A DNA stretch of 63,483 nt, filler included. It is 4 parts of 4 records of this genome, joined end to end, with 100 filler letters (N's around TTAATTAATTAA, not from the genome) between each part and the next. Parts side by side here need not be neighbours in the genome. Positions count along the whole stretch, not along the records: positions 24,192 to 33,340 come from DRR723986_5256; positions 33,441 to 57,977 come from DRR723986_5260; 2 more parts are not named here. The stretch is one strand, 5' to 3'. The notes under the pieces were generated by a model that worked only from the letters and a program-made list of their open reading frames with translations, did not search any database and was not told where the DNA came from. The position numbers and the translations under genes are program-made. Below are positions 28,712 to 38,236 of this stretch, in pieces. Position 1 is the first letter of the stretch. Every line of letters starts with the position of its first letter.

Positions 28712-29785
28712 ATGGCCCTCACTGAGGACAATAACGGGGGGCGCCCATCGCGGGCGCCTCTTGCCAGCAGTTTCATGCCGTTTTTCAAGGCAAGTCTGCT
28801 GACGCTGGGCTCCATCGCGGTGACGATGCTGGGTCTGTTGTTCATCACCTTTATCATCGGCCGCGTCATGCCGATTGATCCTGTGCTGGCGATTGTGGGC
28901 GAAAGGGCCTCACAATCCACCTATGACGCCGTTTACCAACAGCTTGGGCTGGACAAGCCGCTGCTGGTGCAATTTGCATATTATCTCTGGGATGTGCTGC
29001 ATCTGGATTTTGGCACATCGCTGCTCAATGCCAGACCCGTCTCGGAAGACATCGCGCGGGTGTTTCCCGCAACCTTGGAACTGGCCACGCTGGGCATTTT
29101 CTTTGGGGTGATCCTTGGGGTGCCGCTGGGCGTTCTGGCTGCGGTGCGCAAGGGATCATGGATTGACCAGATCGCCCGCGTGGTTGCCTTGGTTGGCTAT
29201 TCGATGCCGATCTTCTGGCTGGGCCTGATGGGGCTTTTGGTCTTTTACGGCATTCTGGGCTGGGTCGGTGGGCCGGGCCGTGTGGGCATTTTTTATGTGG
29301 ATGTGGTGCCAAGCGTGACGGGGCTGATCCTTGTGGATGCGGCGCTTGATGGCAATTGGGACGTGTTCAAAGATGCCTTTTCCCACATCATTCTGCCCGC
29401 CTCTCTGCTGGGCTATTATTCGCTGGCCTACGTCAGCCGGATGACACGGTCTTTCATGCTTGAACAACTGAGCGCGGAATATGTGACCACGGCGCGGGTC
29501 AAGGGCATGTCGGAATGGGATGTGATCTGGAAACATGCGTTCAAGAACATCCGCGTGCAGCTGATCACCGTGATCGCGCTGAGCTATGCCAACCTGCTCG
29601 AAGGGTCGGTTCTGACCGAGATCATCTTCTCTTGGCCCGGCATTGGCAGCTATATCACCACCGCCCTGCTCAGCGCGGATATGAACGCGGTTCTGGGCGG
29701 CACTGTGGTGGTTGGGCTGATCTTCATCCTGCTGAATATTTTCTCTGACCTGCTTTACAAGGTCTTTGATCCGAGGGCGAAATAG
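28712..29785 (+). CDS. peptide ABC permease (DppB-like)
   Basis: GLDKPL..Q, FPATLELA, YVTTARVKG, E.IFSWPG.G. Confidence 0.92.
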   Translation: MALTEDNNGGRPSRAPLASSFMPFFKASLLTLGSIAVTMLGLLFITFIIGRVMPIDPVLAIVGERASQSTYDAVYQQLGLDKPLLVQFAYYLWDVLHLDFGTSLLNARPVSEDIARVFPATLELATLGIFFGVILGVPLGVLAAVRKGSWIDQIARVVALVGYSMPIFWLGLMGLLVFYGILGWVGGPGRVGIFYVDVVPSVTGLILVDAALDGNWDVFKDAFSHIILPASLLGYYSLAYVSRMTRSFMLEQLSAEYVTTARVKGMSEWDVIWKHAFKNIRVQLITVIALSYANLLEGSVLTEIIFSWPGIGSYITTALLSADMNAVLGGTVVVGLIFILLNIFSDLLYKVFDPRAK

Positions 29786-30697
29786 ATGGCTGAAACTCAA
29801 ACACTGCGCGAATGGCTGTTGACGGAAACGCCCACCTCGCGCCGCCACGCCAAGATGTCCGCCCTCTATCAGGGCTGGCTTTCGTTCCGGTCCAACACCA
29901 TGGCAATGGTGGGCCTCGGCATTTTGGTGGCGCTGGTGGTGATCGCCGCCGCAGCCCCGCTGATCGCACCGCATGATCCCTATGTGCAGGATCTGGGCAA
30001 TCGTCTGGCCCCCTTGGGGGCAGAGGGGCATATCTTTGGCACCGACAGTCTGGGGCGGGATATCCTGTCGCGGCTGATCTACGGGGCGCGGATCACGCTT
30101 TATATCGTGGCGCTGGTGGCGCTGATTGCACCCATAGCCGGGCTGCTGGTTGGGACGGTGTCAGGCTATGTCGGCGGCTGGACCGACACCGTTCTGATGC
30201 GGATCACCGATATCTTCCTCGCCTTTCCGCGTCTTGTTCTGGCGCTGGCCTTTGTCGCCGCTTTGGGTGCGGGCATCGAAAACGCGGTGCTGGCAATCTC
30301 GCTCACGGCTTGGCCGCCCTATGCGCGGATTGCACGTGCCGAAACGCTGACCATCCGGTCGTCCGATTACATCAGCGCGATCAAGTTGCAGGGTGCGGGC
30401 GCTCTGCGGATCATCACCAAGCACATCTGGCCGTTGTGCATTTCCTCGCTGATCGTGCGGGTGACACTGGATATGGCGGGCATCATTCTGGCCGCAGCCG
30501 GCCTTGGCTTTCTTGGCCTTGGCGCACAGCCGCCCAGCCCGGAATGGGGCGCGATGATTTCCGAAGGGCGCCGGTTTATCCTTGATCACTGGTGGGTGGC
30601 CACCATGCCCGGACTGGCGATCTTTACCGTGTCTTTGGCGTTCAATCTGCTTGGCGACGGGCTGCGCGATGTGTTTGATCCAAAGGCGGGCGAATGA
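29786..30697 (+). CDS. peptide ABC permease (DppC-like)
   Basis: GTD.LGRDILSRLIYG.R, LGFLGLG.QPP.PEWG, NLLGDGLRD. Confidence 0.92.
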   Translation: MAETQTLREWLLTETPTSRRHAKMSALYQGWLSFRSNTMAMVGLGILVALVVIAAAAPLIAPHDPYVQDLGNRLAPLGAEGHIFGTDSLGRDILSRLIYGARITLYIVALVALIAPIAGLLVGTVSGYVGGWTDTVLMRITDIFLAFPRLVLALAFVAALGAGIENAVLAISLTAWPPYARIARAETLTIRSSDYISAIKLQGAGALRIITKHIWPLCISSLIVRVTLDMAGIILAAAGLGFLGLGAQPPSPEWGAMISEGRRFILDHWWVATMPGLAIFTVSLAFNLLGDGLRDVFDPKAGE

Positions 30698-31554
30698 TGA
30701 CCAAGCTACTTGATGTTGAAAACCTCTGGGTCAAATTCCCCACCCGTCAGGGCGTCTTTGACGCGGTGCGCGGGGTGTCTTTCACGCTGGGCCGTGAACG
30801 TCTGGGTATTGTCGGCGAGAGCGGCTCGGGCAAATCCATGACGGGCCGCGCCATCCTGCGCCTGATCCGCCCGCCGGGCATTGTGGAGGCCGATCAGGTT
30901 GCGCTGGAAGGTGCGGACTTGATGCAGAAATCCGAGAAAGACATGCGCGCTGTGCGCGGTCAGCGGATCTCGATGGTGATGCAAGACCCGAAATTCTCGC
31001 TCAATCCGGTGATGACCATCGGCGATCAGATCATGGAAGCCTACCGCCTGCATTCCAAAGCCTCCAAATCGGAGGCCTATGCCAAATCGCTTGAAATGCT
31101 TGAGGCGGTGTCGATCCGCAATCCCGAACGGGTGATGCGGGCCTATCCGCATGAGATGTCAGGCGGCATGGGGCAACGGATCATGATCGCGATGATGCTG
31201 ATCCCCAACCCCGAGATTCTGATCGCGGATGAACCGACCTCGGCGCTGGATGTCTCGGTGCAGCGGCAGGTGCTGGATATTATGGACCGGCTGGTCAAGG
31301 AACGCGGGATGGGGTTGATCTTTATCAGTCACGATCTGAACCTTGTCGCCGATTTCTGTGACCGGGTGTTGATCATGTATGCGGGCCGGATTGTGGAGGT
31401 CTGCGATGCCGACAAACTGCACGAGGCGCAGCATCCCTATACGCGCGGCTTGCTGAACTCCCTGCCCCGTCTGGATGCGCCGCGCAAGCGGCTCGAAGTG
31501 TTGCAGCGTGATCCGCAATGGTCCACTGCCCCAAGTGTGAGTGGCCGGATATGA
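30697..31554 (+). CDS. peptide ABC ATP-binding protein (DppD-like)
   Basis: [26 protein letters not shown]. Confidence 0.92.
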   Translation: MTKLLDVENLWVKFPTRQGVFDAVRGVSFTLGRERLGIVGESGSGKSMTGRAILRLIRPPGIVEADQVALEGADLMQKSEKDMRAVRGQRISMVMQDPKFSLNPVMTIGDQIMEAYRLHSKASKSEAYAKSLEMLEAVSIRNPERVMRAYPHEMSGGMGQRIMIAMMLIPNPEILIADEPTSALDVSVQRQVLDIMDRLVKERGMGLIFISHDLNLVADFCDRVLIMYAGRIVEVCDADKLHEAQHPYTRGLLNSLPRLDAPRKRLEVLQRDPQWSTAPSVSGRI

Positions 31555-32291
31555 GCATGTTAAGCGTTCAAGACCTCAACGTCTGGTTCGGCAGCAACCG
31601 CGACCGTGTGGATGCCGTCATCGGCGCCAGTTTCGAGATCCCGCGCGGCGAAAGTTTTGGCCTCGTCGGCGAAAGCGGCTCGGGCAAATCGACGATCCTG
31701 CGGGCGATCACCGGATTGGCGCCCGATTGGTCAGGCGCCATCACGGTCGATGGGCAGCAGATTGGCAAGGTCCGGCCCAAAACGTTCTTCAAGACTGTGC
31801 AGATGGTGTTTCAAGATCCCTATGCCTCCCTCCATCCGCGGCATTCTGTGGATCAGGTGCTGGGCGAGACATTGCATTTGCATGGGTTCAAAGACATCGA
31901 CAGCCGGGTGATCAAACTGCTGGACGATGTGGGATTGGGGCAAAAGTTCCGTTTTCGCTATCCACACCAGTTGTCGGGCGGGCAACGGCAACGGGTGGCA
32001 ATTGCCCGCGCTCTGGCCCCGGAACCGGCGCTGCTTTTGCTGGATGAGCCGACCTCGGCGCTGGATGTGTCGGTGCAGGCCGAGATCCTGAACTTGCTTG
32101 CTGATCTGCGGGCGGATCGCGGTTTGACCTATCTGATGGTGTCGCACGATCTGTCAGTGGTCGGGCACATGTGTGACCGGCTGGCCGTGATGAAAGACGG
32201 CGAGATCGTCGAGGTGCTGGATGTCGAAGCCTTGCGGGCGATGAATGCCGCGCATCCCTATTCCAAACAATTGCTGGAGGCCTCGGTCTAG
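31551..32291 (+). CDS. peptide ABC ATP-binding protein (DppF-like, short)
   Basis: [26 protein letters not shown] overlap. Confidence 0.92.
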   Translation: MSMLSVQDLNVWFGSNRDRVDAVIGASFEIPRGESFGLVGESGSGKSTILRAITGLAPDWSGAITVDGQQIGKVRPKTFFKTVQMVFQDPYASLHPRHSVDQVLGETLHLHGFKDIDSRVIKLLDDVGLGQKFRFRYPHQLSGGQRQRVAIARALAPEPALLLLDEPTSALDVSVQAEILNLLADLRADRGLTYLMVSHDLSVVGHMCDRLAVMKDGEIVEVLDVEALRAMNAAHPYSKQLLEASV

Positions 32292-32300
32292 GGGCAAAGT

Positions 32301-33158
32301 CTAACCACGACTGAAGACATATTCCGATACATGCAGATAGGTTTCATCGGGCTGCAAGATCACGCTTGGAAAGCCGGGCTGGTTCGGCGCGTCGGGCCAG
32401 CCTTGCGGCTCGAGCGCCAATCCCTCGAAGGCGCGGTAAGCTTGCCCCGTGAGGGTTCTGGCGGCGGGTTCATCCAGAAATTGGCCGCTGTAAACCTGCA
32501 ATCCCGGCTCGGTCGAGGACAGGGTCATCGATACACCCGAATGCGGTGCGGCCAGTGTACAGATCGGGCGGCAGCTTACGCGGCCCTTTGCGGTACAATA
32601 ATTGTGGTCAAACGGATGATCACCGATCCGCCGCGCCGCGCGGAAATCAAATGGCGTGCTTGAAACTGCCGCGATCTCGCCTGTGGGGATCACATCACCA
32701 TCCACGGGCAAGTACTGATCTGCCGCGATGGCAAGCCTGTGACCTTTTACCGTGCCTGCCCCATCGAGATTGAAATAGAAATGCGGCGCGAAATTACACG
32801 GCGTTGCGGCAGACCCCTGCGCCGAAATCTCAAGCCGCAGGGTGGCCGGTGCGTCAACGCTGTAGCGGACCTGGACGTCCAGCGCCCCGCCGACGCCCCG
32901 ATGTCCGTCCGGCAAATGCAGTTGCAAAGCGAGCGCTGACTTGGTCCGGGAGACCACCGACCACGCCATTTTGTCCACGCTGCCCGCCCCGCCATGCAGC
33001 GTGTGCCGGCCCAGAAAGTTCTGATCGGCCTGAAAGGTCTGGCCCGCCAGATCGTACCGTCCCTGCGCAATACGGTTGGCGCAGCGCCCGACGATCGCGC
33101 CCAGGTAAGCCGCGCCTGTCTGATAGTCCTTTGGATCAGCCAGACCCAGCACCAGAGA
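32301..33158 (-). pseudogene. galM: aldose 1-epimerase, 5'-truncated by an insertion
   Basis: GAIVGR.ANRI, LHGG, H.YFNL, PTGEI, DHNY, ALEPQ.WPD.PN; frame begins abruptly at SLVLG with an in-frame TGA at 33171-33173. Confidence 0.75.
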
Positions 33159-33340
33159 TAGCGTTACCGTTCAAAGTGTTAGAGGGGTTTACAGACCCGA
33201 GAGCCTGTAATGGCGCAGGTGAGAGGACCGACCTCGAACCAAACCTGCGCTCAAGTAGCGCTCCGCGCGGCAGCACGACAAAAGGTGGTGCAAGTGACAA
33301 GACGAAGCCGGAACCGGGCTCTCGGCAGATTTTCTTCGAA
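33159..33340 (+). mobile_element. probable IS110-family non-coding left end; transposase lost at contig end
   Basis: abuts the galM break; begins with -10-like TAGCGT; multi-stem RNA inside; resembles recalled alphaproteobacterial IS110 leaders; the contig breaks within it. Confidence 0.55.
33197..33325 (+). ncRNA. structured RNA, candidate bridge/seek RNA
   Basis: 11-bp closing stem CCGAGAGCCTG/CGGGCTCTCGG; inner GCGCAGGT/ACCTGCGC, GAGG/CCTC, TCCG/CGGA, GCAC/GTGC. Confidence 0.5.
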
Positions 33341-33440
33341 NNNNNNNNNNNNNNNNNNNNNNNNNNNNNNNNNNNNNNNNNNNNTTAATTAATTAANNNN
33401 NNNNNNNNNNNNNNNNNNNNNNNNNNNNNNNNNNNNNNNN
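33341..33440. other. artificial contig linker
   Basis: 44 N + TTAATTAATTAA + 44 N. Confidence 0.98.
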
Positions 33441-33956
33441 CGGGTGCAGCACGCGCTGCGCGCCTATACCCCGAAGGAGCAGAAGGCGGTGAAGGTGGCT
33501 GCCCAGTCTTTCCGTGCCAATCCGGCCTTGGACACCGTCACCGTGATTACCGAAATGGGTGTCGGGGAAGCACTGGTATCGACCCTGCAGAAAAAAGGTG
33601 TGCCGTCGATGGTTCAACGGACCCTCGTCCGACCGCCCCACTCGCGCATGGGCAAGGCAACCGCAGCCGAGCGTAAAGCACTGCTGGATCGGGATCCCAA
33701 TATGCGCCTTTACGGGAAAGCCCAGGATCCACGCTCTGCCCACGAAATCCTGCTTGAACGCACCGCCGCCAAGCTGAAGGAGCGCGAGGAAGCTGAGCTG
33801 AAAAAGCAGGCAGAAAAAAGCGCCGGCAAAACGAGCCGCCGCGAAAGCAGCAGTGAAGCCTTTGTGAAGAGCATGGCACGCAGCCTGGGTTCGGCCGCTG
33901 GCAGTTCACTCGGACGTAAGCTTTTTCGCGGCCTGCTGGGCTCCCTGCTCAAGTAG
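33441..33956 (+). CDS. DUF853/HerA-like ATPase, 3' fragment
   Basis: RVQHALRAYTP.EQKAV..AA.SFR.NP, GVGEALVS.L...G.P, SA.E.L, RGLLGSL. Confidence 0.88.
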   Translation, partial: RVQHALRAYTPKEQKAVKVAAQSFRANPALDTVTVITEMGVGEALVSTLQKKGVPSMVQRTLVRPPHSRMGKATAAERKALLDRDPNMRLYGKAQDPRSAHEILLERTAAKLKEREEAELKKQAEKSAGKTSRRESSSEAFVKSMARSLGSAAGSSLGRKLFRGLLGSLLK

Positions 33957-33958
33957 GG

Positions 33959-34909
33959 CTACTTCGGCGCGTCGAGGCGCATCCTGAGCCGACTAATAGC
34001 GCCGACCACCACCAGGGTGAGCCCCCCGGCAACGAGCCCCGCCAGGGCGCCGAACGCAGTCTCCGCGAGCCAACTGGCAAGACCACCCGCGCCGGCGGCG
34101 AATTCCGCCACGCCTAGCGACAAGTGGTGGAGCACCGGAATGCCGTGCACCAGGATACCGCCACCGACCAGGAACATCGCTGCGGTACCCACGATAGTCA
34201 GCAACTTCATCAGCAGTGGTGCAAAAGCGAGCAAGCCACGGCCAAACCAATTCTGGAAACGCCGCCAGCTACCCTGCCCCGTTTCCAGCGAGGCGAGGTA
34301 GAGACCGGCATCGTCGAGTTTGACGATCGCCGCCACCAGGCCATAAACGCCCACTGTCATGATCAGGGCAATACTCGCAAGCACGGCCAGCTTGGTGCCG
34401 AAATCCGCGTCGGCCACGATGCCCAGGGTAATGACAATAATCTCGGCAGAGAGGATAAAGTCAGTACGGATCGCGCCCTTGATCTTGCGCTGCTCAAGCT
34501 TGACCGGATCGACCGCCGGATCGGCAAGCTGGCGCACCCGCTCCGCGTGCTGATGCGCGTCCTCGTCGCGGGAATGCAGGAAGGGATGGGCGATCTTTTC
34601 AAACCCTTCGAAGCACAGGAACAATCCGCCCAGCACCAGCAGCGGTGTAATCAACCAGTCTGCGACCATCGCTATCAGCAGGGCCGCAGGCACCAGTATG
34701 CACTTGTTCTTCAGGGACCCTTTGGCCACTGCCCAGACCACTGGCAGCTCACGGTCCGCGTTGACCCCGGTGACTTTCTCGGCATTTACCGCCAGGTCAT
34801 CACCAAGTACGCCGGCGGTTTTCTTGGCCGCCACCTTGGTCATCACCGACACGTCATCAAGTATCGCGGCAATATCGTCCAATAGGACGAGCAGGCTGGC
34901 TCCAGCCAT
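33959..34909 (-). CDS. DUF808 (YedI-like) membrane protein
   Basis: SLL.LLDDIA..LDDV, RELPVVW.VAKGS..NK, GAIRTDFILSAEI. Confidence 0.9.
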   Translation of the reverse strand: MAGASLLVLLDDIAAILDDVSVMTKVAAKKTAGVLGDDLAVNAEKVTGVNADRELPVVWAVAKGSLKNKCILVPAALLIAMVADWLITPLLVLGGLFLCFEGFEKIAHPFLHSRDEDAHQHAERVRQLADPAVDPVKLEQRKIKGAIRTDFILSAEIIVITLGIVADADFGTKLAVLASIALIMTVGVYGLVAAIVKLDDAGLYLASLETGQGSWRRFQNWFGRGLLAFAPLLMKLLTIVGTAAMFLVGGGILVHGIPVLHHLSLGVAEFAAGAGGLASWLAETAFGALAGLVAGGLTLVVVGAISRLRMRLDAPK

Positions 34910-34974
34910 GATGTTGTTTCCTCAGTAAGTCGGCCCCTGTTTTACCACATCTCGGGCCGGCCGTGGCGACAGCG

Positions 34975-37116
34975 CTAAGACTTGGGCTTTACCCGCCTGC
35001 GACCGGGCGTACGCATTGTGGACTTCGGGTAGCGCGGCAGTTTTCCTGAGGCCAGGTAGCGGTGGATGCTCTCCTGGGAGCGCAGGGCCGGCGACTTATT
35101 GCGCGGTTTGACATAGCCGTTGGCCTGCTCTGCGTCCAAACGCCGGGACTTCACGTTGTCGTACCACTGCTGGTCGAGGATGTTCTGGATAGTATCCTGC
35201 GCATCGCGATCAAAAATCGGGCACAACACTTCAACCCGGTAATCGAGGTTGCGGGTCATCAGGTCCGCCGAGCCGATAAAATAGCTGGGGTTACCCCGGT
35301 TGTGGAACACATAGGCCCGCGGGTGCTCCAGGTAGCGATCGACAATACTGATGGCCTCGATGTTGTCTGATATCCCCTTGACCCCGGGCAGCAGGGAGCA
35401 CATGCCGCGGATAATCAGTTTGACCTTCACCCCGGCATTGCTGGCTTCGTAAAGCTTCATCGCCAATTGCCGGTCCACCAGGTTGTTGCACTTGAGGATC
35501 ATCTCCGCACGATAGCCCTCCTTCGCATTCTTGATCTCCTGCTCGATCATCGCCACGAGACCGGAGCGGCTGGTATGCGGAGAGACCAGCAGCAACCGGT
35601 AATCCGGCCGCTGGTAGGTGTACTTGAGAAACTCGAAGACGGCGAGCACATCCCGACCAATGTTCTGGTCATGGGTGAGCAGGGTGAAATCGGTATACAG
35701 GCGTGCCGTTTTCTCGTTGAAGTTGCCAGTTCCGATATGGCTGTAATAGCGGATCATGCTGCCTTCGCGCCGCTCGATCAGCAGCAGCTTGCTGTGCACT
35801 TTCAGCCCGGGTATCCCGAAAATCACCTCGATACCGCCCTCGGTAAGCCGCTGGGCCCAGGTAATATTCGCCTGCTCATCGAAGCGTGCCGCCAATTCAA
35901 CCACCGCCAGCACCCGCTTGCCGTTGTGCACCGCATTGAGCAGCGCATCGACGATCCGCGAATTGGAGGCCACCCGGTAGAGGCAGATCTTGATGGTCTG
36001 CACCCCCGGATCCAGGGCCGCAGTTTTAAGCAGGTCTACGATGTAATCGAAGGGATGGTAGGGATAGTTGAGAAAAACGTCCTTCTCCCTGATGGTGTCG
36101 AATATGCTCCCCGGCTCGTCCAGGCGAGGTATCCTGATCGGCGGCATCGGCTTGAATTCCAGATACTTGGGGCCGGCATTCGGAAAGCCGATAAAGTCCT
36201 TCGAGTTATGGTAGCGCCCACCGGGAATCAGGCTGTCGTACTTGCCGAAGCCAAACCGGTGCCGCAGGTAGGCCAGAAGACGCTCTGGCATGTCCTCGTC
36301 ATAGACAAAACGCACCGCATCCGCCTTGCGTCGCTGCTTGAGACTGCTGGCCATTTTTTCGATCAGGCTTTCGGTAATCCCTGCATCGAGTTCCAGCTCC
36401 GCGTCGCGGGAAAACTTGAAGCAATAGGCGCTGGCCTCGTCTATCGGCAGGACCCCGCGAAACATCTGCGGCAGGCAAGCGCGGATCACGTTATCGAGGG
36501 CCATGAACACGCGCCCACCCTTGCCCCGGCGCTTGGGGATTTCGACAAATCGATCCAGGCGATCGGTGGGCACTTCCACCACCGCGTAGTAAAAATTATC
36601 ACCGGAAGAGATGTCTACCGCGAGGTACAGGGACTCGTCCGCCAGCACGGGAATCGGCTGACCGTCGCGTAGCAGGATCGGCTCAAGTTCCGGCAGCACG
36701 GTATCGGTAAAGTACCGCTGTACGAAAGCCGCCTGCCGATCGTCCAGCTGGCGCTCGTTAACCATATAGATCTTACGCTGGCGCAGGGCCTTCAGTACTT
36801 CTTCGTAGACAACCTCGAAATCGCCCTGCAGTTCGACCACCCGGGTCTGGATGGTCGCCAGCAGATCCTTCGCCTGCTGCCGGGTATTACCGGAGGATAC
36901 CGAAATAATACGGCGCACCTCCGCTACTCTTACCCGGAAAAATTCGTCCATATTGTTGGAAAAAATACCGAGGTAGCGCAATCGCTGGATGACCGGCACT
37001 GACGGGTCTGCAGCTTCCTGGAGGACCCGGGCATTAAATGACAACCAGCTCAGCTCTCTGGGCATGAAAAGATTCTGGTCCAGGTCGTCTAGACGTTTTT
37101 TTACCGGGCTGGGCAT
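34975..37116 (-). CDS. ppk1: polyphosphate kinase 1
   Basis: RELSWLSFN.RVL, N.DEFF.VRV, VEL.ARFDE..N, LKVHSK, H.GTGNFN, DRYLEH.R, GSADLM.RNL. Confidence 0.96.
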   Translation of the reverse strand: MPSPVKKRLDDLDQNLFMPRELSWLSFNARVLQEAADPSVPVIQRLRYLGIFSNNMDEFFRVRVAEVRRIISVSSGNTRQQAKDLLATIQTRVVELQGDFEVVYEEVLKALRQRKIYMVNERQLDDRQAAFVQRYFTDTVLPELEPILLRDGQPIPVLADESLYLAVDISSGDNFYYAVVEVPTDRLDRFVEIPKRRGKGGRVFMALDNVIRACLPQMFRGVLPIDEASAYCFKFSRDAELELDAGITESLIEKMASSLKQRRKADAVRFVYDEDMPERLLAYLRHRFGFGKYDSLIPGGRYHNSKDFIGFPNAGPKYLEFKPMPPIRIPRLDEPGSIFDTIREKDVFLNYPYHPFDYIVDLLKTAALDPGVQTIKICLYRVASNSRIVDALLNAVHNGKRVLAVVELAARFDEQANITWAQRLTEGGIEVIFGIPGLKVHSKLLLIERREGSMIRYYSHIGTGNFNEKTARLYTDFTLLTHDQNIGRDVLAVFEFLKYTYQRPDYRLLLVSPHTSRSGLVAMIEQEIKNAKEGYRAEMILKCNNLVDRQLAMKLYEASNAGVKVKLIIRGMCSLLPGVKGISDNIEAISIVDRYLEHPRAYVFHNRGNPSYFIGSADLMTRNLDYRVEVLCPIFDRDAQDTIQNILDQQWYDNVKSRRLDAEQANGYVKPRNKSPALRSQESIHRYLASGKLPRYPKSTMRTPGRRRVKPKS

Positions 37117-37216
37117 AGGGATCCTGTACTGTTGGAACGCATCGCGCCGCGCTCGCGGCAACCGCTAACATAGTACAGATTGGGACACAGGGTAAGACCG
37201 CGAGCACCGTGGTTCG

Positions 37217-37234
37217 ATGACAGTTTTATGACAG
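37217..37234 (-). promoter_or_regulatory. Pho box upstream of ppk1
   Basis: minus strand CTGTCATAAAACTGTCAT, matching the PhoB consensus. Confidence 0.85.
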
Positions 37235-37281
37235 CAAGGCGCAGCGCAGGCCAGGATAATCATCCAGGATGCGAACCAGGC

Positions 37282-37350
37282 AAAAAAAAGCCCGGCTCCA
37301 AGCCGGGCAAAGGTAGGGATTACTACAGGGATTAATCGTTGCTAGACCAG
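37282..37350 (-). ncRNA. sRNA-like unit 2: AAUCCCU repeats/UCCCUACCUU followed by an intrinsic terminator
   Basis: AATCCCTGTAGTAATCCCTACCTTT-GCCCGGCT-TGG-AGCCGGGC-T8. Confidence 0.5.
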
Positions 37351-37353
37351 TTC

Positions 37354-37420
37354 AAAAAAAGCCCGGTGACTCGCCTCGCGACAAGGCCGGGCTAAGGTAG
37401 GGACCGTTCTAGCCGGCCAG
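37354..37420 (-). ncRNA. sRNA-like unit 1 / 3'UTR: UCCCUACCUU followed by an intrinsic terminator
   Basis: GGTCCCTACCTT-AGCCCGG-long loop-CCGGGCT-T6; paralogous to 37282-37350. Confidence 0.5.
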
Positions 37421-37431
37421 CGCTGACATTG

Positions 37432-37839
37432 TCAGGCCGCCTGCTGTTGCGCAAAGGCTTCCGGGTACGATCGACACACCGCACCGAAGCTGTAATCTTC
37501 CATCCCAAGAGTCTGCAGTGCGGACGTCACATCATCACCACCGCGCCCGTCGATGCGCTTGCTGATCGCCGCCAGGACACCGTAACGGCTGACCATCTGC
37601 CAGGTTCCGGTAGCGCGGGTTCGCTTGCCGCGGGTATAGCTCAGGGCTTCCTCGTAGGCGTAGACCGCACGAAATGCGTCCCGCTCTGCCTCGCTGCTGC
37701 CGGCATGCCGCTCAGCCTTGAGGTCTACCGCCCGGCGATAGGCCTGCATGGCCAGTTCCGGGTGCCCATTACGCACCGCGTTGCGGGCAAAGACGTAACA
37801 CTTGTCGGGGTCGGTGATTCGCAATACCAGTTCGTGCAT
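37432..37839 (-). CDS. hypothetical protein (135 aa, helical)
   Basis: AGGAGG RBS; protein-like composition (AVYAYEEAL, RATGTWQMV); terminator downstream. Confidence 0.75.
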   Translation of the reverse strand: MHELVLRITDPDKCYVFARNAVRNGHPELAMQAYRRAVDLKAERHAGSSEAERDAFRAVYAYEEALSYTRGKRTRATGTWQMVSRYGVLAAISKRIDGRGGDDVTSALQTLGMEDYSFGAVCRSYPEAFAQQQAA

Positions 37840-38236
37840 GACTGCCTCCTGAGCGTTTACTGTCGTCGCGGGGTTCAGTTCCGCGTCGATGACAGGAGCA
37901 AGAATACGGGGATCGCGCACATCACCACATGGCCCCGGACGACACTCGCATTGCCGCCGGCGCCAAGTTCAGGGGAAAATCTCTAAATTACTTTAGATAT
38001 AATTTTTATATTATTGTTTTTAATAACAAAAATGCCCGCATATTACAGGGTAATAGCGGGCCAAGTCAGCCGTATGTTTCGGGGCAGAAACACCGGCCAG
38101 GGGACGTGTAGCACGCGCTGGCGCGCGCACTTTCTGAACCATAGACGCATTCTGGGAAAGTGCAACCCGCAGCTAGACCGCAGGACACCGCGGATTTCAA
38201 GCATCCAGGTACTCGCTCCGGGTGAGCGCTGAAGGG

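Noticed and set aside
37282-37420. CRISPR array or tRNA interpretation of the tandem repeats
   Set aside because: Only two unequal units with polyT tails, no spacers, no cas genes and no cloverleaf; I saw no CRISPR, tRNA or rRNA in the window
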